Shown one piece after another: positions 1 to 9,643 of a stretch of 64,000 nt of DNA (position 1 is its first letter; each line of letters opens with the position of its first letter). The position numbers and the translations under genes were made by a program. This DNA comes from an uncultured Novosphingobium sp. (GTDB lineage: Bacteria > Pseudomonadota > Alphaproteobacteria > Sphingomonadales > Sphingomonadaceae). Location: the NCBI GenBank assembly GCA_964630805.1, contig CAZVWP010000008.1, forward strand, positions 31,721 through 95,720. Reading direction: 5' to 3'. Under the pieces are notes generated by a model, which saw nothing but the letters and a program-made list of their open reading frames with translations, was not told the DNA's origin and did no database searches.

Positions 1-1
1 C

Positions 2-358
2 GAAATCTACGCCCAGCCGCCCGGGAAGCGGCTGCAATCGCTGACGCTGCTATCGGGCGGCGAGCAGGCGCTTACCGCCGTCGCCCTCATCTTCGCCCTT
101 TTCCTGACCAACCCGGCGCCGATCTGCGTGCTCGACGAAGTTGACGCACCGCTCGACGACGCCAACATCGAGCGGTTCTGCGACCTGCTCGACGCGATGA
201 CCCTGGAAACGAAGACCCGCTACCTCATCGTCACGCACAATGCCGTGACCATGAGCCGCATGCACCGCCTGTTCGGCGTAACCATGGTCGAGCGCGGCGT
301 CTCCCGCCTGGTCAGCGTGGACCTTGGGGGGGCCGAGGAACTGCTGGCGGCGGAGTAG
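2..358 (+). CDS. smc: Chromosome segregation protein SMC, C-terminal fragment (runs off window start)
   Basis: Frame from base 2 reads [32 protein letters not shown]...[15 protein letters not shown]...LIVTHN: SMC signature, Walker B/D-loop and H-loop. Confidence 0.96.
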   Translation, partial: EIYAQPPGKRLQSLTLLSGGEQALTAVALIFALFLTNPAPICVLDEVDAPLDDANIERFCDLLDAMTLETKTRYLIVTHNAVTMSRMHRLFGVTMVERGVSRLVSVDLGGAEELLAAE

Positions 359-385
359 CCCCGCCCCCGGCCAACATGCGAGACG

Positions 386-1036
386 CTATTGCCCCTGGGC
401 CTGTCCACGGGGCTGCCAGTTCGCAGGGGGAACCAGCTTGACCGTTGGCAACAGCGCGTTCAATTCTTCCGCAACGGCCGAGTTGAGCACATATCCGTTA
501 TTGAAATATACCGCGTTTTGCGGCGGCACCACGAAGGAAATGCCACGCTTGGTAACCGCCTGGGTAATTGCCTTGGCGATGACGTCGCCGAACTGTTCCT
601 GCACATAGGCCTCGGCGCGGCCAACCGGGGCGAGAATGCCCTGGATCTCCCGCTGGCCCGACTGGTCAAGGTTCTGGATGGCAGCCAGCTGGGCTTGCAG
701 CGCCGCCTGCGACACGTTGCCTGCCTGCCGGTCGCGGTTGTACTTTTCCATCAGCGGAGTGAGCTGCGCCCTGAGCTGGAGCCGCCGGGCTTCCGCTGCA
801 TCGAGCTGCTGCTTGAACACGGTCTGCCGCTCCTGCATCATCGCAGCATAAGCCTTGCTGGCCTGGATCGCTTCCGAAACATTGAGAATGCCCAATCCGG
901 GGATCATGTTCAGCCTCGCGGCGGCCGGAGCAGCCGGCGCTGCCGGAGCAGCTTGCGCCGCACCGCCCTGCCCCGCGACTGCAACCATGGACAGACCGGC
1001 AAGTCCGGCGAGAAGGTACGATTTCATCGGGATCAT
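386..1036 (-). CDS. OmpH/Skp family periplasmic chaperone
   Basis: Signal peptide, short beta strand (GILNVSEAI), long Q/A-rich coiled coil, Skp-like C-terminus (FVVPPQNAVY...ELNALLP). Confidence 0.75.
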   Translation of the reverse strand: MIPMKSYLLAGLAGLSMVAVAGQGGAAQAAPAAPAAPAAARLNMIPGLGILNVSEAIQASKAYAAMMQERQTVFKQQLDAAEARRLQLRAQLTPLMEKYNRDRQAGNVSQAALQAQLAAIQNLDQSGQREIQGILAPVGRAEAYVQEQFGDVIAKAITQAVTKRGISFVVPPQNAVYFNNGYVLNSAVAEELNALLPTVKLVPPANWQPRGQAQGQ

Positions 1037-1133
1037 CCTTTGCGGTGCGGGATCGTGATGGACTGGGCGGGCACATCGGGCCTGCGCGCGGCTATGTCAA
1101 TCGGGCTGTCCGGAAGATGAACAACCGGTGCGA

Positions 1134-1574
1134 TCAGTCGAGCACGAAGCGCGGCCCAGGCCCCGCCGCCCCGGCGCGGTCGTCGCGATTGGTGATCTGG
1201 CAGCGCTGCAGGCTCATGCAGCCACAGCCGATGCACTCCTCCAGGTTGTTGCGCGTGCGGGTGAGCAACTGGATCTTGGCGTCGATCTGCTTGCGCAGGC
1301 CACGGCTGATCCGCTGCCAGTCATGCACGGTCGGTGTGCGGCCCTGCGGCAGGTTGGCCAGCGCCTCCTCGATCTCGACAAGGCCAAGCCCCAGCCGCTG
1401 GGCGATGAGGATGAAGGAAAGACGGCGGATGTCGGACCGCAGGAAGCGCCGTTGGTTGCCTGATGTCCGTTGCGACTGGAGCAGGCCCCGAGCCTCGTAA
1501 AAGCGGATGGCGGACACGGCGAGGCCGGTGCGCTTCGCCATCGTTCCGATCGGTATCAGGTCGTTGCGGTCCAT
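1134..1574 (-). CDS. soxR: Redox-sensitive transcriptional activator SoxR
   Basis: MerR HTH (IGTMAKRTGLAVSAIRFYE..GLL..RTSGNQRRF) and [2Fe-2S] motif CIGCGCMSLQRC. Confidence 0.96.
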   Translation of the reverse strand: MDRNDLIPIGTMAKRTGLAVSAIRFYEARGLLQSQRTSGNQRRFLRSDIRRLSFILIAQRLGLGLVEIEEALANLPQGRTPTVHDWQRISRGLRKQIDAKIQLLTRTRNNLEECIGCGCMSLQRCQITNRDDRAGAAGPGPRFVLD

Positions 1575-1596
1575 ACTCGTCCCCGCGCGCATTCGA

Positions 1597-1614
1597 CCTT
1601 AAGTTAGCTTGAGG
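1597..1614. promoter_or_regulatory. SoxR binding site (soxbox)
   Basis: CCTTAAGTTAGCTTGAGG matches the soxbox CCTCAAGTTAACTTGAGG at 16/18 positions and lies ~22 bp upstream of the soxR ATG. Confidence 0.85.
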
Positions 1615-1657
1615 TTTTTCTTTGGCAAGCGGAAATACACGTGTGTTCTCAAGTCTT

Positions 1658-2287
1658 TCAGAGCAAGACGGGGCTGGACGGGAGCGAGCCGCCGCCGGCC
1701 CAGCGCTCGTCGGTACGTTCCACCGCGATGTCGTCCTCCCAGGTAACGCAGAGCGCCAGCGCGTCCTCGGGCGTCCCCTTGGTCCAATACTGCTGCGCCG
1801 CGTGGCTGAGGATCAGCGGCATTCGGTCATGCACTTCGGCCATCTGCGGATGCCCATCGACCATGACCATGGAATAGACCTCGCCCCACTCGACCGTGTT
1901 GCGCCAGAGGCCGGCGACGGCGAAGACCTCTTCGCCGGGCAGCGAATACCAGGTGCGCGTCATCCACCCCTTCTCGCCTTCGGCCTCGGCCCAGGCGCTG
2001 ACCGGGATCAGGCAGCGGCGGTGGACGAAACTGTCGCGCCAGAACGGGGTGGTCAGCTTGTCCTCGCGGGCATTGGTGACGGCCTTGGGTTTGAGCGGCT
2101 GGCCCTTCTTGCCCTTGAGCACCACGGGGAAGCCCCAATGCATCGATCGCACCTGCCCCTCGGCAACGACCAGCCCGGGATAGCCGGGGTAGACTTCCGC
2201 CGCATGATTGGCCCCGCCAGTGGCAGTCGCCCCGAACAGGCGGGCGATCTCCTCGGCGCCCTTGTACATGCGGTAGAGGTTGCACAT
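1658..2287 (-). CDS. SOS response-associated peptidase (SRAP/YedK/HMCES family, abasic-site protection)
   Basis: N-terminal Cys2 (MCNLY), NAR.D, RRCLIP...W.E and HDRMPLIL motifs. Confidence 0.93.
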   Translation of the reverse strand: MCNLYRMYKGAEEIARLFGATATGGANHAAEVYPGYPGLVVAEGQVRSMHWGFPVVLKGKKGQPLKPKAVTNAREDKLTTPFWRDSFVHRRCLIPVSAWAEAEGEKGWMTRTWYSLPGEEVFAVAGLWRNTVEWGEVYSMVMVDGHPQMAEVHDRMPLILSHAAQQYWTKGTPEDALALCVTWEDDIAVERTDERWAGGGSLPSSPVLL

Positions 2288-2299
2288 CAGGCGTTGCTC

Positions 2300-3202
2300 T
2301 CAGGCATTTCCGGCGACCCAGCAGGCGAGCGCCATCAGCAAACCGGCCAAGCGGTTGGAGCGGAAGCGCGCGAGGGCATTGTCGGCGCTGGCGGCGTCGA
2401 GCGTCGCGATTTGCCACAAAAGGTGCAGGCCCATCGGCAGAAGCGCGAGAAGCGCCAGCCAGTCAGGCCGCAGCAACCAGAAGGCCGATAGCCAGAGAAT
2501 CATGGCGGCGAGGTAGAACAGGCCGACACCGCCCCTCACCCGCTCCCCCATGCGCAAGGCGCTGGAGCGGATGCCGACGAGGGCGTCGTCCTCGCGGTCC
2601 TGCAGGGCGTAGATCGTGTCGTAGCCCACAACCCAGCAGATCGAGCCGGCATTGAGCAATCCCAGCACCGCCAGCATGTCGCCGCGCACCTCGACCCAGC
2701 CGACCAGCGCACCCCAGGAGAAGACCAGCCCCAGCCACACCTGAGGCCACCAGGTGATCCGCTTCATGAAGGGATAGGCGGCGACCGGGACAATGCTGGC
2801 GAGCGCCGCCAGTTGTGCCAGCCACCGCAATTGCAGCAGCACGACAAGGCCAACGAGGCACAGCACCAGCAGCCAGGCCCAGGCCGCCTTTTTGCTCACC
2901 CGCCCGCTGGCGACAGGCCGCGCGGCGGTGCGCGCCACCTGCCGGTCGAGATCGGCATCGACGACGTCGTTGTAGACGCACCCCGCCCCGCGCATGGCGA
3001 TGCTGCCCAGCAGCAGCCAGAGGATCAGCCGCCACTGCGACTCCCCGCCCGCCAGCAGCACGCCCCAGGCGCAGGGCCAGAACAGCAGCCACCAGCCGAT
3101 AGGGCGGTCGAAGCGTGCAAGCAGGGCGAAATCACGCAGTCGCGCCGGCAGGGCGGCGACGAGGCCGCGGTGCTCGGTATCTGGGACGATGGCTTCGGAC
3201 AT
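2300..3202 (-). CDS. ubiA: 4-hydroxybenzoate polyprenyltransferase
   Basis: LARFDRPIGWWLL, MRGAGCVYNDVVDADLDRQVARTAARP and YDTIYALQDREDD motifs. Confidence 0.96.
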   Translation of the reverse strand: MSEAIVPDTEHRGLVAALPARLRDFALLARFDRPIGWWLLFWPCAWGVLLAGGESQWRLILWLLLGSIAMRGAGCVYNDVVDADLDRQVARTAARPVASGRVSKKAAWAWLLVLCLVGLVVLLQLRWLAQLAALASIVPVAAYPFMKRITWWPQVWLGLVFSWGALVGWVEVRGDMLAVLGLLNAGSICWVVGYDTIYALQDREDDALVGIRSSALRMGERVRGGVGLFYLAAMILWLSAFWLLRPDWLALLALLPMGLHLLWQIATLDAASADNALARFRSNRLAGLLMALACWVAGNA

Positions 3203-3243
3203 GAGTGACTGACTTGGTACGTCTGGCAGCAACATTCAAATCT

Positions 3244-3663
3244 TTACAACACAGGTCCGTTTTGGGGACTGGGCAGTTCGCGCCAGACATCCTTTATGCC
3301 TTCTGCGCAGCGCGGATTTGGCTTGTTGCATTCAAGCGCCCTTTCCATACGATTTCGAACATCCTCCAACACGCGGCAGGAAGCTCCCATCTCGGCCTCG
3401 AGAAAAACATCCGGCTGAGGATTCATCTGGTGAGCCAATTCCAGATTCCGACTTAGCTGATCTGCAGATATCGACTTGCCGTTCCAGTAAATTTGGTCGT
3501 CCCGGGTAAGCGAAACATTGTTCATCAGCGGCAACAGCGCATAAAAATTATGAGGCACCTGCCAATGCCCTCGCGGAGGAAGGCACGCCCTTGCATCCGG
3601 CTTCGAACAAGCCGTGAGAAGCAGCCCAATACTCACACACAAAAGGCGGCCTGGTATGTTCAT
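3244..3663 (-). CDS. Hypothetical lipoprotein with ExbD/TolR-like periplasmic domain
   Basis: Lipobox LLLTAC; segment VSLTRDDQIYWNGKSISADQL...NPQPDVFLEAE resembles the ExbD C-domain; visibly AT-richer than neighbours. Confidence 0.6.
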   Translation of the reverse strand: MNIPGRLLCVSIGLLLTACSKPDARACLPPRGHWQVPHNFYALLPLMNNVSLTRDDQIYWNGKSISADQLSRNLELAHQMNPQPDVFLEAEMGASCRVLEDVRNRMERALECNKPNPRCAEGIKDVWRELPSPQNGPVL

Positions 3664-3748
3664 GGGAGAGGTTTGGCACGGCGATCACCCGCGATCCACC
3701 CTTGCAGGCTAAATTTGCTCTGACGCGATCCTGCAGTATTAGCATCCC

Positions 3749-4507
3749 ATGCCCGCCACCCCCGCCTGGCCCCCTAAGAGCGCCCCGCGGCTGTTCGTCG
3801 ATCCGCCATTGGAGACGGGCGCCACGATCCCCATCGAAGGCGCGCAGGCGCATTACCTGATCAAGGTGATGCGCGCTGCCGAGGGCGATGTCGTGATCCT
3901 GTGCGACGACGTCACCGGCGAATGGGCTGCGCGGGTCAGTTCTATCGGCAAGCGCGGCCTCCTGGTCACGCCCGAGGAATTGCTGCGCGAGCGCGAGGAG
4001 GTGCCGGACTTCACGCTCTGCGCGGCGCTGCTCAAGAAGGACCGGTTCGACCTGGTACTGGAGAAGGCCTGCGAATTGGGCGTGCGGCGGATCCAGCCGG
4101 TGCTGACCCGGCGCTGCGTCGCCGACAAGCTCAATCTCGAGCGCGCGCGGGCGATCCTTGTCGAGGCGGCCGAGCAATGTGCGCGAACCGCGCTGCCCGA
4201 GCTGGCAGAGCCGGTGAAGCTCGATGCCCTGCTGAAGGGCTGGCATGCGGGGCGGACGCTGTTCTTCGCCGACGAGGCGGGAGGCGACGTTGCCGCCACT
4301 GCCTTCACCGCACAAGTGGGGCCCGCCGCCCTCCTCACCGGTCCCGAAGGCGGCTTCGACGATGCCGAGCGCGCCGCCATCCGCGCCCTGCCGCAAGCCC
4401 GCGCAATTTCGCTCGGCCCTCGCATCCTGCGGGGCGAGACGGCGGTTATAGCGGCAACCGCGCTGTGGATGGGCGTGGCTGGCGATTGGGCCAGGGATTG
4501 GAAATAA
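3749..4507 (+). CDS. rsmE: 16S rRNA m3U1498 methyltransferase
   Basis: HYLIKVMR, EKACELGV, EAAEQC.R, GPEGGF and LGPRILRGETA motifs. Confidence 0.96.
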   Translation: MPATPAWPPKSAPRLFVDPPLETGATIPIEGAQAHYLIKVMRAAEGDVVILCDDVTGEWAARVSSIGKRGLLVTPEELLREREEVPDFTLCAALLKKDRFDLVLEKACELGVRRIQPVLTRRCVADKLNLERARAILVEAAEQCARTALPELAEPVKLDALLKGWHAGRTLFFADEAGGDVAATAFTAQVGPAALLTGPEGGFDDAERAAIRALPQARAISLGPRILRGETAVIAATALWMGVAGDWARDWK

Positions 4508-4547
4508 GACTGGCGTATCAATTCGCCCTAACTTAACGGGCCGATTT

Positions 4548-5918
4548 ATGAGCACGCGGCAGGCTACAGATCGCGACGATCCGGTGATCGAGGATGTCAG
4601 GCAACTCGCAGAGCCCATGGCGGCTGGCGAGAAGGTACCGGAACGCTGGCGCATCGGCACCGAGCACGAAAAACTGGTCTACGACACCGGTGACCACCAC
4701 GCGCCGTCCTATGACGAGCCCGGCGGCATCCGCGACATGCTGATGGCCCTGCGCGAATTCGGCTGGGAGCCAATCGAGGAAGGCGGCCATGTCATCGCGC
4801 TGAAGGGGGCCGACGGCAATGTCAGCCTGGAGCCTGCCGGCCAGCTCGAACTGTCCGGCGCGCCGCTCGAAAACCTGCACCAGACCTGCGCCGAAACCGG
4901 CCGCCACCTCAAGCAAGTGAAGGAAATCGGGGCGCGTACCGGCAAGGGCTTCCTCGGCCTGGGCATGTGGCCGGACAAGACCCGCGACGAACTGCCGATC
5001 ATGCCCAAGGGGCGCTATGCCATCATGCTGCGCCACATGCCGCGCGTCGGCACCATGGGCCTCGACATGATGCTGCGCACCTGCACCATCCAGGTGAACC
5101 TCGACTATTCGAGCGAGGCGGACATGGCGCAGAAGTTCCGCGTCGGCCTCGCGCTGCAACCGCTGGCGACAGCCCTCTTCGCCAATTCGCCCTTCACCGA
5201 GGGCAAGCCCAACGGCTACCTTTCCTACCGCAGCCACATCTGGTCGGACACCGATCCGCACCGCACCGGCATGCTGCCCTTCGTCTTCGAACAGGGCTTC
5301 GGCTACGAACGTTATGTCGAATACATGCTCGACGTGCCGATGTACTTCGTCTTCCGCGACGGCAAGTACGTCGATGCCGCAGGCCAGAGCTTCCGCGACT
5401 TCATGGCTGGCAAGCTCCCGGCGCTCCCGGGCGAGCGCCCGCACATGAGCGACTGGACGGACCACCTTTCCACCGCCTTTCCCGAAGTGCGCCTCAAGAG
5501 CTTCCTCGAAATGCGCGGGGCCGACGGCGGCCCGTGGAACCGGATCTGCGCCCTCCCCGCCTTCTGGGTCGGGCTGCTTTATGACCAGGGCGCGCTTGAT
5601 GCGGCCTGGGACCTCGTCAAGCGCTGGGACATGGAAGGGCGCGAAGCTTTGCGCAATGCCGTGCCAAAGCTTGCACTGGACGCACCGCTACCGGGCGGGG
5701 GAAAGTTGCGGGATGTCGCAGCGGAAGTGCTGGCGATTTCCCGCGCTGGGCTGACGGCACGCGGACGGCTCAATTCGACGGGCGAAAACGAAACCGGGTT
5801 CCTCAACCCGCTCGACGAGATTGTCGCCAGCGGCAAGGTGCCTGCCCAGCGGCTGCTCGACGATTACAACGGGCCTTGGGGCGGCGATATCAGCCGGGTC
5901 TACGAGCAGAGCTTCTGA
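4548..5918 (+). CDS. gshA: Glutamate--cysteine ligase (alphaproteobacterial/plant type)
   Basis: IGTEHEK, SLEPAGQLELSG, MPKGRY, CTIQVNLD and FPEVRLKSFLEMRGAD motifs. Confidence 0.96.
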   Translation: MSTRQATDRDDPVIEDVRQLAEPMAAGEKVPERWRIGTEHEKLVYDTGDHHAPSYDEPGGIRDMLMALREFGWEPIEEGGHVIALKGADGNVSLEPAGQLELSGAPLENLHQTCAETGRHLKQVKEIGARTGKGFLGLGMWPDKTRDELPIMPKGRYAIMLRHMPRVGTMGLDMMLRTCTIQVNLDYSSEADMAQKFRVGLALQPLATALFANSPFTEGKPNGYLSYRSHIWSDTDPHRTGMLPFVFEQGFGYERYVEYMLDVPMYFVFRDGKYVDAAGQSFRDFMAGKLPALPGERPHMSDWTDHLSTAFPEVRLKSFLEMRGADGGPWNRICALPAFWVGLLYDQGALDAAWDLVKRWDMEGREALRNAVPKLALDAPLPGGGKLRDVAAEVLAISRAGLTARGRLNSTGENETGFLNPLDEIVASGKVPAQRLLDDYNGPWGGDISRVYEQSF

Positions 5919-7277
5919 TCACTCTGCCGGCTGCAACTGCGGCCTGCGCCCGCGCAGGGCCCGGCCGATCGCCACGAAGTGCCGGGTGATCAAGCCGTTC
6001 TGCTCCATCCACTCGGAATATTCGCGGTACTTCGCGTCCTCCGCCCCCAGGTGCCGCTCTTCCGTCTTGGCCCGCCAGAAATAGACCGCGCTGACCATGG
6101 CCATCAGCGTCGTGTTGCGCACCGCATCGACCAGCGAATTGGTCGTCGCCCACCACGGCATGGTCGCGCACCACCAGAACAGGTTCTTGGAGAGATAGGC
6201 CGGGTGCCTGGTGAAGGCATAGGGACCGTTGGTGATCACGCCGCGATAGGTAAGGTTCGAAAAGCGCAGGCCGAAGGCGACAGTCGCCCAGGCGTAGATC
6301 GCCGTCAGCACCACCAGCAGGGCGCCCCAGGCCCATAGCAGAGCCGTATTGCCCTGCAGGAACATGGCCCAGTCGCCGGTGTTCTCGTGATAGTTCAGCG
6401 GGCCGCCGTCGCCCATCAGGATGAACGGCGGGTAGCAGATCAGCGCCGCCAGCCAGCCGGCGAGCCAAGGATTGGCCGAGCGGATCTGCGCGTCGAGCGG
6501 CTTGAAGGTGACGAGGTAGCCGACCATGGCGATCTGCACGTCGATCACGAACAGCAGTTCCGTCAGCCAGTTGGCGATGAGCACGGGATCTCCCGCGATG
6601 GACGGGATGTCGAGCAAGACCACCCCGGCGAAACCCGGCGGCAGGATCGAGATCATGAAGGCGCAGAAGAACCCCTTGACCGTCCAGGACCGCCAGTGGT
6701 GCGCCACTTCCGCGCTGTCGAAAGGCTCGCGGCCGATCAGCAGGGCGCCAAAATGCCAGGCCCCGTCGCGCGGCTCCACGAGCACCCGGTCGAGCCAGAC
6801 GACATAGGGAATCGACAGCAGGAACATCGGAATGGCGGCCGCGCCCAGCACCTCCATCGAGAACAGGTATTGCCCCCGCCAGTACCAGCGCGCCACGCAA
6901 TAGATTCCCGCGATGATCGCCCAGGTCGCCCACAGGCCCGCCAGCTTGGTGATCGAGATGTCGAGAATGTCGCTGATCGGGCGCGGGCGGGACCAGTGGA
7001 TGCCGGTGGATGGGCGACGGTGCACCTTGTCGACCAGCAGCGACCAGGCGACCATCGGCACGCCCGACCAGAGCACGGCCATCAGCGCGGCATAGGGCCC
7101 GGACAGCGGCACCCGCGGACCGCCCAGGCCGAACATGTCCGACAAGGGCACCCAGTTGCGGCAGATCAGTATCCAGGCGAACAGGCCGGCAAGCCCGCAA
7201 AGCCCAACGCCAGCGGAGACGTCGCTTAGCGGACGTGAGGCATACGCGGGATTTTGCGAAGTCATCCCGCCCGCCAT
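5919..7277 (-). CDS. Isoprenylcysteine carboxyl methyltransferase (ICMT/PEMT)-family membrane protein
   Basis: Multi-TM protein; C-terminal FSNLTYRGVITNGPYAFTRHPAY...RAKTEERHL...Y motif. Confidence 0.8.
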   Translation of the reverse strand: MAGGMTSQNPAYASRPLSDVSAGVGLCGLAGLFAWILICRNWVPLSDMFGLGGPRVPLSGPYAALMAVLWSGVPMVAWSLLVDKVHRRPSTGIHWSRPRPISDILDISITKLAGLWATWAIIAGIYCVARWYWRGQYLFSMEVLGAAAIPMFLLSIPYVVWLDRVLVEPRDGAWHFGALLIGREPFDSAEVAHHWRSWTVKGFFCAFMISILPPGFAGVVLLDIPSIAGDPVLIANWLTELLFVIDVQIAMVGYLVTFKPLDAQIRSANPWLAGWLAALICYPPFILMGDGGPLNYHENTGDWAMFLQGNTALLWAWGALLVVLTAIYAWATVAFGLRFSNLTYRGVITNGPYAFTRHPAYLSKNLFWWCATMPWWATTNSLVDAVRNTTLMAMVSAVYFWRAKTEERHLGAEDAKYREYSEWMEQNGLITRHFVAIGRALRGRRPQLQPAE

Positions 7278-7309
7278 AGACGGGATTGGTTAAAGGGCGG
7301 GTAACGCGA

Positions 7310-7334
7310 CTCCTCTCCGCAAGCGGGTGGGGAA
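7310..7334. repeat. Degenerate single arm of the CCCCTCCCGC(AA/TT)GCGGGAGGGG palindromic repeat family
   Basis: CTCCTCTCCGCAAGCGGGTGGGGAA resembles the arms at 17462 and 17532. Confidence 0.45.
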
Positions 7335-7339
7335 CTCAC

Positions 7340-8677
7340 TCACCTGAAGGCAGTGATCTTCCCGCCGTCGTCCAGCACGTAGAGCACCTGGTTGGCCACG
7401 ATGGGCGCCAGCGAAACTGGCTTGCCCAGCTTGGCCGCGAGCGTCGTGGTGCCGTCGGTCACGCTGGCAGAGACCAGCTCACCATGCGAATTGGCCATCC
7501 ACAGCCGGTTGCCAGCCAGCACCGGGCCGACCCAGAAGTAGGGATCCTTGCGCTTCTTCGGATTCCGCCAGCGCTGCAGCTGCTTGATCCAGCGCACCTT
7601 GCCGCTGGTGCGGGCGATACACAGCAGGCGGGCGTCGTCGGTCAGGGTGAAGATCCAGTCGCCGGCGATGGCCGGAGTCGAAATTCCGGCAAGGTTCAGT
7701 TCCCAGATGCGCTGGCCGGTAACCAATTCATAGGCGGCCATGCGCCCGCCCTGCCCCAGGGCATAGACCCGTCCGCGATCGACGATCGGATCGGCATCGA
7801 CGTCGGTCAGCACGCCCACCTGGTTGGAAATCGAGGTGCGCGCCAGCGCGTCGGACCACAGGGTGCGGCCGTTCTCGTAGCGGTAGGCGACGAGTTCGCC
7901 GGTGGAATAGCCGGCGACAACCGTGCCCTGCCCTGCCGCCGGAGCGGCGACGCCGAATACGCCCTGCTGGCCAAGCGAGCCCGATTCCGCCCACATCAGC
8001 GAACCGTCGTCGGGCCTCAGCGCCAGAACCTGGTTGTTCTGGGTCATGACGTAGATCGCGCCGAAGGCGATCGTCGGGGACCCGCGCAGCGGCCCCGCCG
8101 GTTTGACGGTCCACAACTGGCTGCCGTCCGATGCGTTGAGCGCCGCGACCTCGCCGATGCCGGTGGTCACGTAGACGCGGTCGTTGTCATAGCTGGCGCC
8201 GCCGCCATAGGCGGTGTGCGAATCCTTGCCCGAAATGCGGAAGCTGTGCTGCCAGCGCCGCGCACCTGACGCCGCGTCGAAGGCCGAGACGTTGCCGTTG
8301 GTATCCATGACGAACAGCTTGCCGCCGCCGATCACCGGCGCTGCCGCCAGCCGCTGCTTGTTGTTCGATCCGGCGATGCCGACGTTCCAGGCGCGGCGCG
8401 GGTTCTCCGACAACGCCAGATGACCATAGGACTTGTTGGCCGTCCCGCCCGGCTGGGCCCAATCGGCATTGGCCTCCGCCGGGGGCAGTATGACCGAGAC
8501 CTCCGACATGGTCGGATCGACGTGAGCGCCGGATTCGATGCGCGAAAGGATTGGGATGCGATTGCCCACGGTGGGCGTCTTGGGCCGGTTCTTGCCGCCG
8601 CCACAGGCCGACAGCCCCAGCGCCAGGGCGAGGACCAGTGGCACGGCGATGGCGCGGGTCAGGTGCGAAGGCTTCAT
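7340..8677 (-). CDS. BamB-like PQQ beta-propeller outer membrane lipoprotein
   Basis: Lipobox LGLSAC, repeated A.DA.SG...W propeller blades, located downstream of a YfgM-like TPR gene. Confidence 0.85.
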   Translation of the reverse strand: MKPSHLTRAIAVPLVLALALGLSACGGGKNRPKTPTVGNRIPILSRIESGAHVDPTMSEVSVILPPAEANADWAQPGGTANKSYGHLALSENPRRAWNVGIAGSNNKQRLAAAPVIGGGKLFVMDTNGNVSAFDAASGARRWQHSFRISGKDSHTAYGGGASYDNDRVYVTTGIGEVAALNASDGSQLWTVKPAGPLRGSPTIAFGAIYVMTQNNQVLALRPDDGSLMWAESGSLGQQGVFGVAAPAAGQGTVVAGYSTGELVAYRYENGRTLWSDALARTSISNQVGVLTDVDADPIVDRGRVYALGQGGRMAAYELVTGQRIWELNLAGISTPAIAGDWIFTLTDDARLLCIARTSGKVRWIKQLQRWRNPKKRKDPYFWVGPVLAGNRLWMANSHGELVSASVTDGTTTLAAKLGKPVSLAPIVANQVLYVLDDGGKITAFR

Positions 8678-8724
8678 TCGTCGATCCTCTGGCTTTCTTG
8701 TCACGGCACAGGCCACCTGTGGCG

Positions 8725-9480
8725 TCACTGCTGCTCGCCGCTGGCCGCCTTGGCCACGTCGTCTATCGCATCGACGCCCAGCAGGCCGGCCATCTGGCGG
8801 GTCCGGGCGCGAAGGGTTTCGGGCGTATCCTTGTCGCGCGAGACCGAGGCGAACAGGGGTCCGGCAAGGTCGTTGCGGTTCATCTTAAGATAGGCAAGGC
8901 CGGTAAGCTCGCCCGCGGCGCCGAACCAGGGGTTGCCGGGCACGGCCAGCGGCTTGAGCTTGTCGACCACCTGCTGCGGCGCCATCGCGTCGAAATTGGC
9001 GGCAACGCCGCGGATCGTCGCCAGGTCGCGCAGCGGCTTGGGCGCGTCGGCGTTGGCCGCCACCGCGTTGTAGAGCCGCAGCGCCTCGTCCTTGCGGTTC
9101 TGCTGCAGGGCGATATTGGCGCGCATGATCTGGGCGACCGCGGCGGTTCCGCCGTGGCTGTCCTTGGCCAGCGGCTCTAGTTGCTTGTCGGCCAGATCGA
9201 GCCGGCCCTGCTCGACCCGGTCGAGCGCAATGGTCATCTGCTCGCCGCGTTCGCCGGCCGCCTGCTTGGTCGAATGTTCCCACCACAGGTAGCCTGCGAG
9301 ACCAAGCAGGGCCACGGCTACGGCGGCGCCGATCGGTCTGCCCCAGCGCTTGACCGCGCCGAGCATCTCGTCCTGGCGAAGCGCTTCGTCGACTTCGCGC
9401 ATGAATACGTCCTGCTGCGCCGCATCGCGGTCGGCGAGCTGTTCACTGCGGGACTGGGGCTTGTTGGGGCGCAGGGCCAA
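8725..9480 (-). CDS. YfgM-like tetratricopeptide repeat membrane protein
   Basis: FMREVDEALRQD motif, single TM, helical TPR-like body; probable TTG start at 9480. Confidence 0.85.
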   Translation of the reverse strand: MALRPNKPQSRSEQLADRDAAQQDVFMREVDEALRQDEMLGAVKRWGRPIGAAVAVALLGLAGYLWWEHSTKQAAGERGEQMTIALDRVEQGRLDLADKQLEPLAKDSHGGTAAVAQIMRANIALQQNRKDEALRLYNAVAANADAPKPLRDLATIRGVAANFDAMAPQQVVDKLKPLAVPGNPWFGAAGELTGLAYLKMNRNDLAGPLFASVSRDKDTPETLRARTRQMAGLLGVDAIDDVAKAASGEQQ

Positions 9481-9643
9481 TGCTGGGGGCCTTCGGTTAA
9501 TTGGTCGCAGGTGCCCGGCTTTAGCGAAAGGCCCGGCCATTTCAACGGCAATGATCGCTGCCCTGTGGACGGTGAAGCGGGGATGAATGGATGGGTGGCA
9601 CGCTTTGCTTGACGACAGGCATCCCCGCCGGCACCAAGCCGCC

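Noticed and set aside
7290-7305. CtrA-like TTAA-N7-GTAAC upstream of the ICMT-like gene
   Set aside because: One mismatch in a short motif and no independent support
9597-9612. TGGCACGCTTTGCT as a sigma54 promoter upstream of the CMD gene
   Set aside because: Only 8 bp separate GG and GC; sigma54 requires 10
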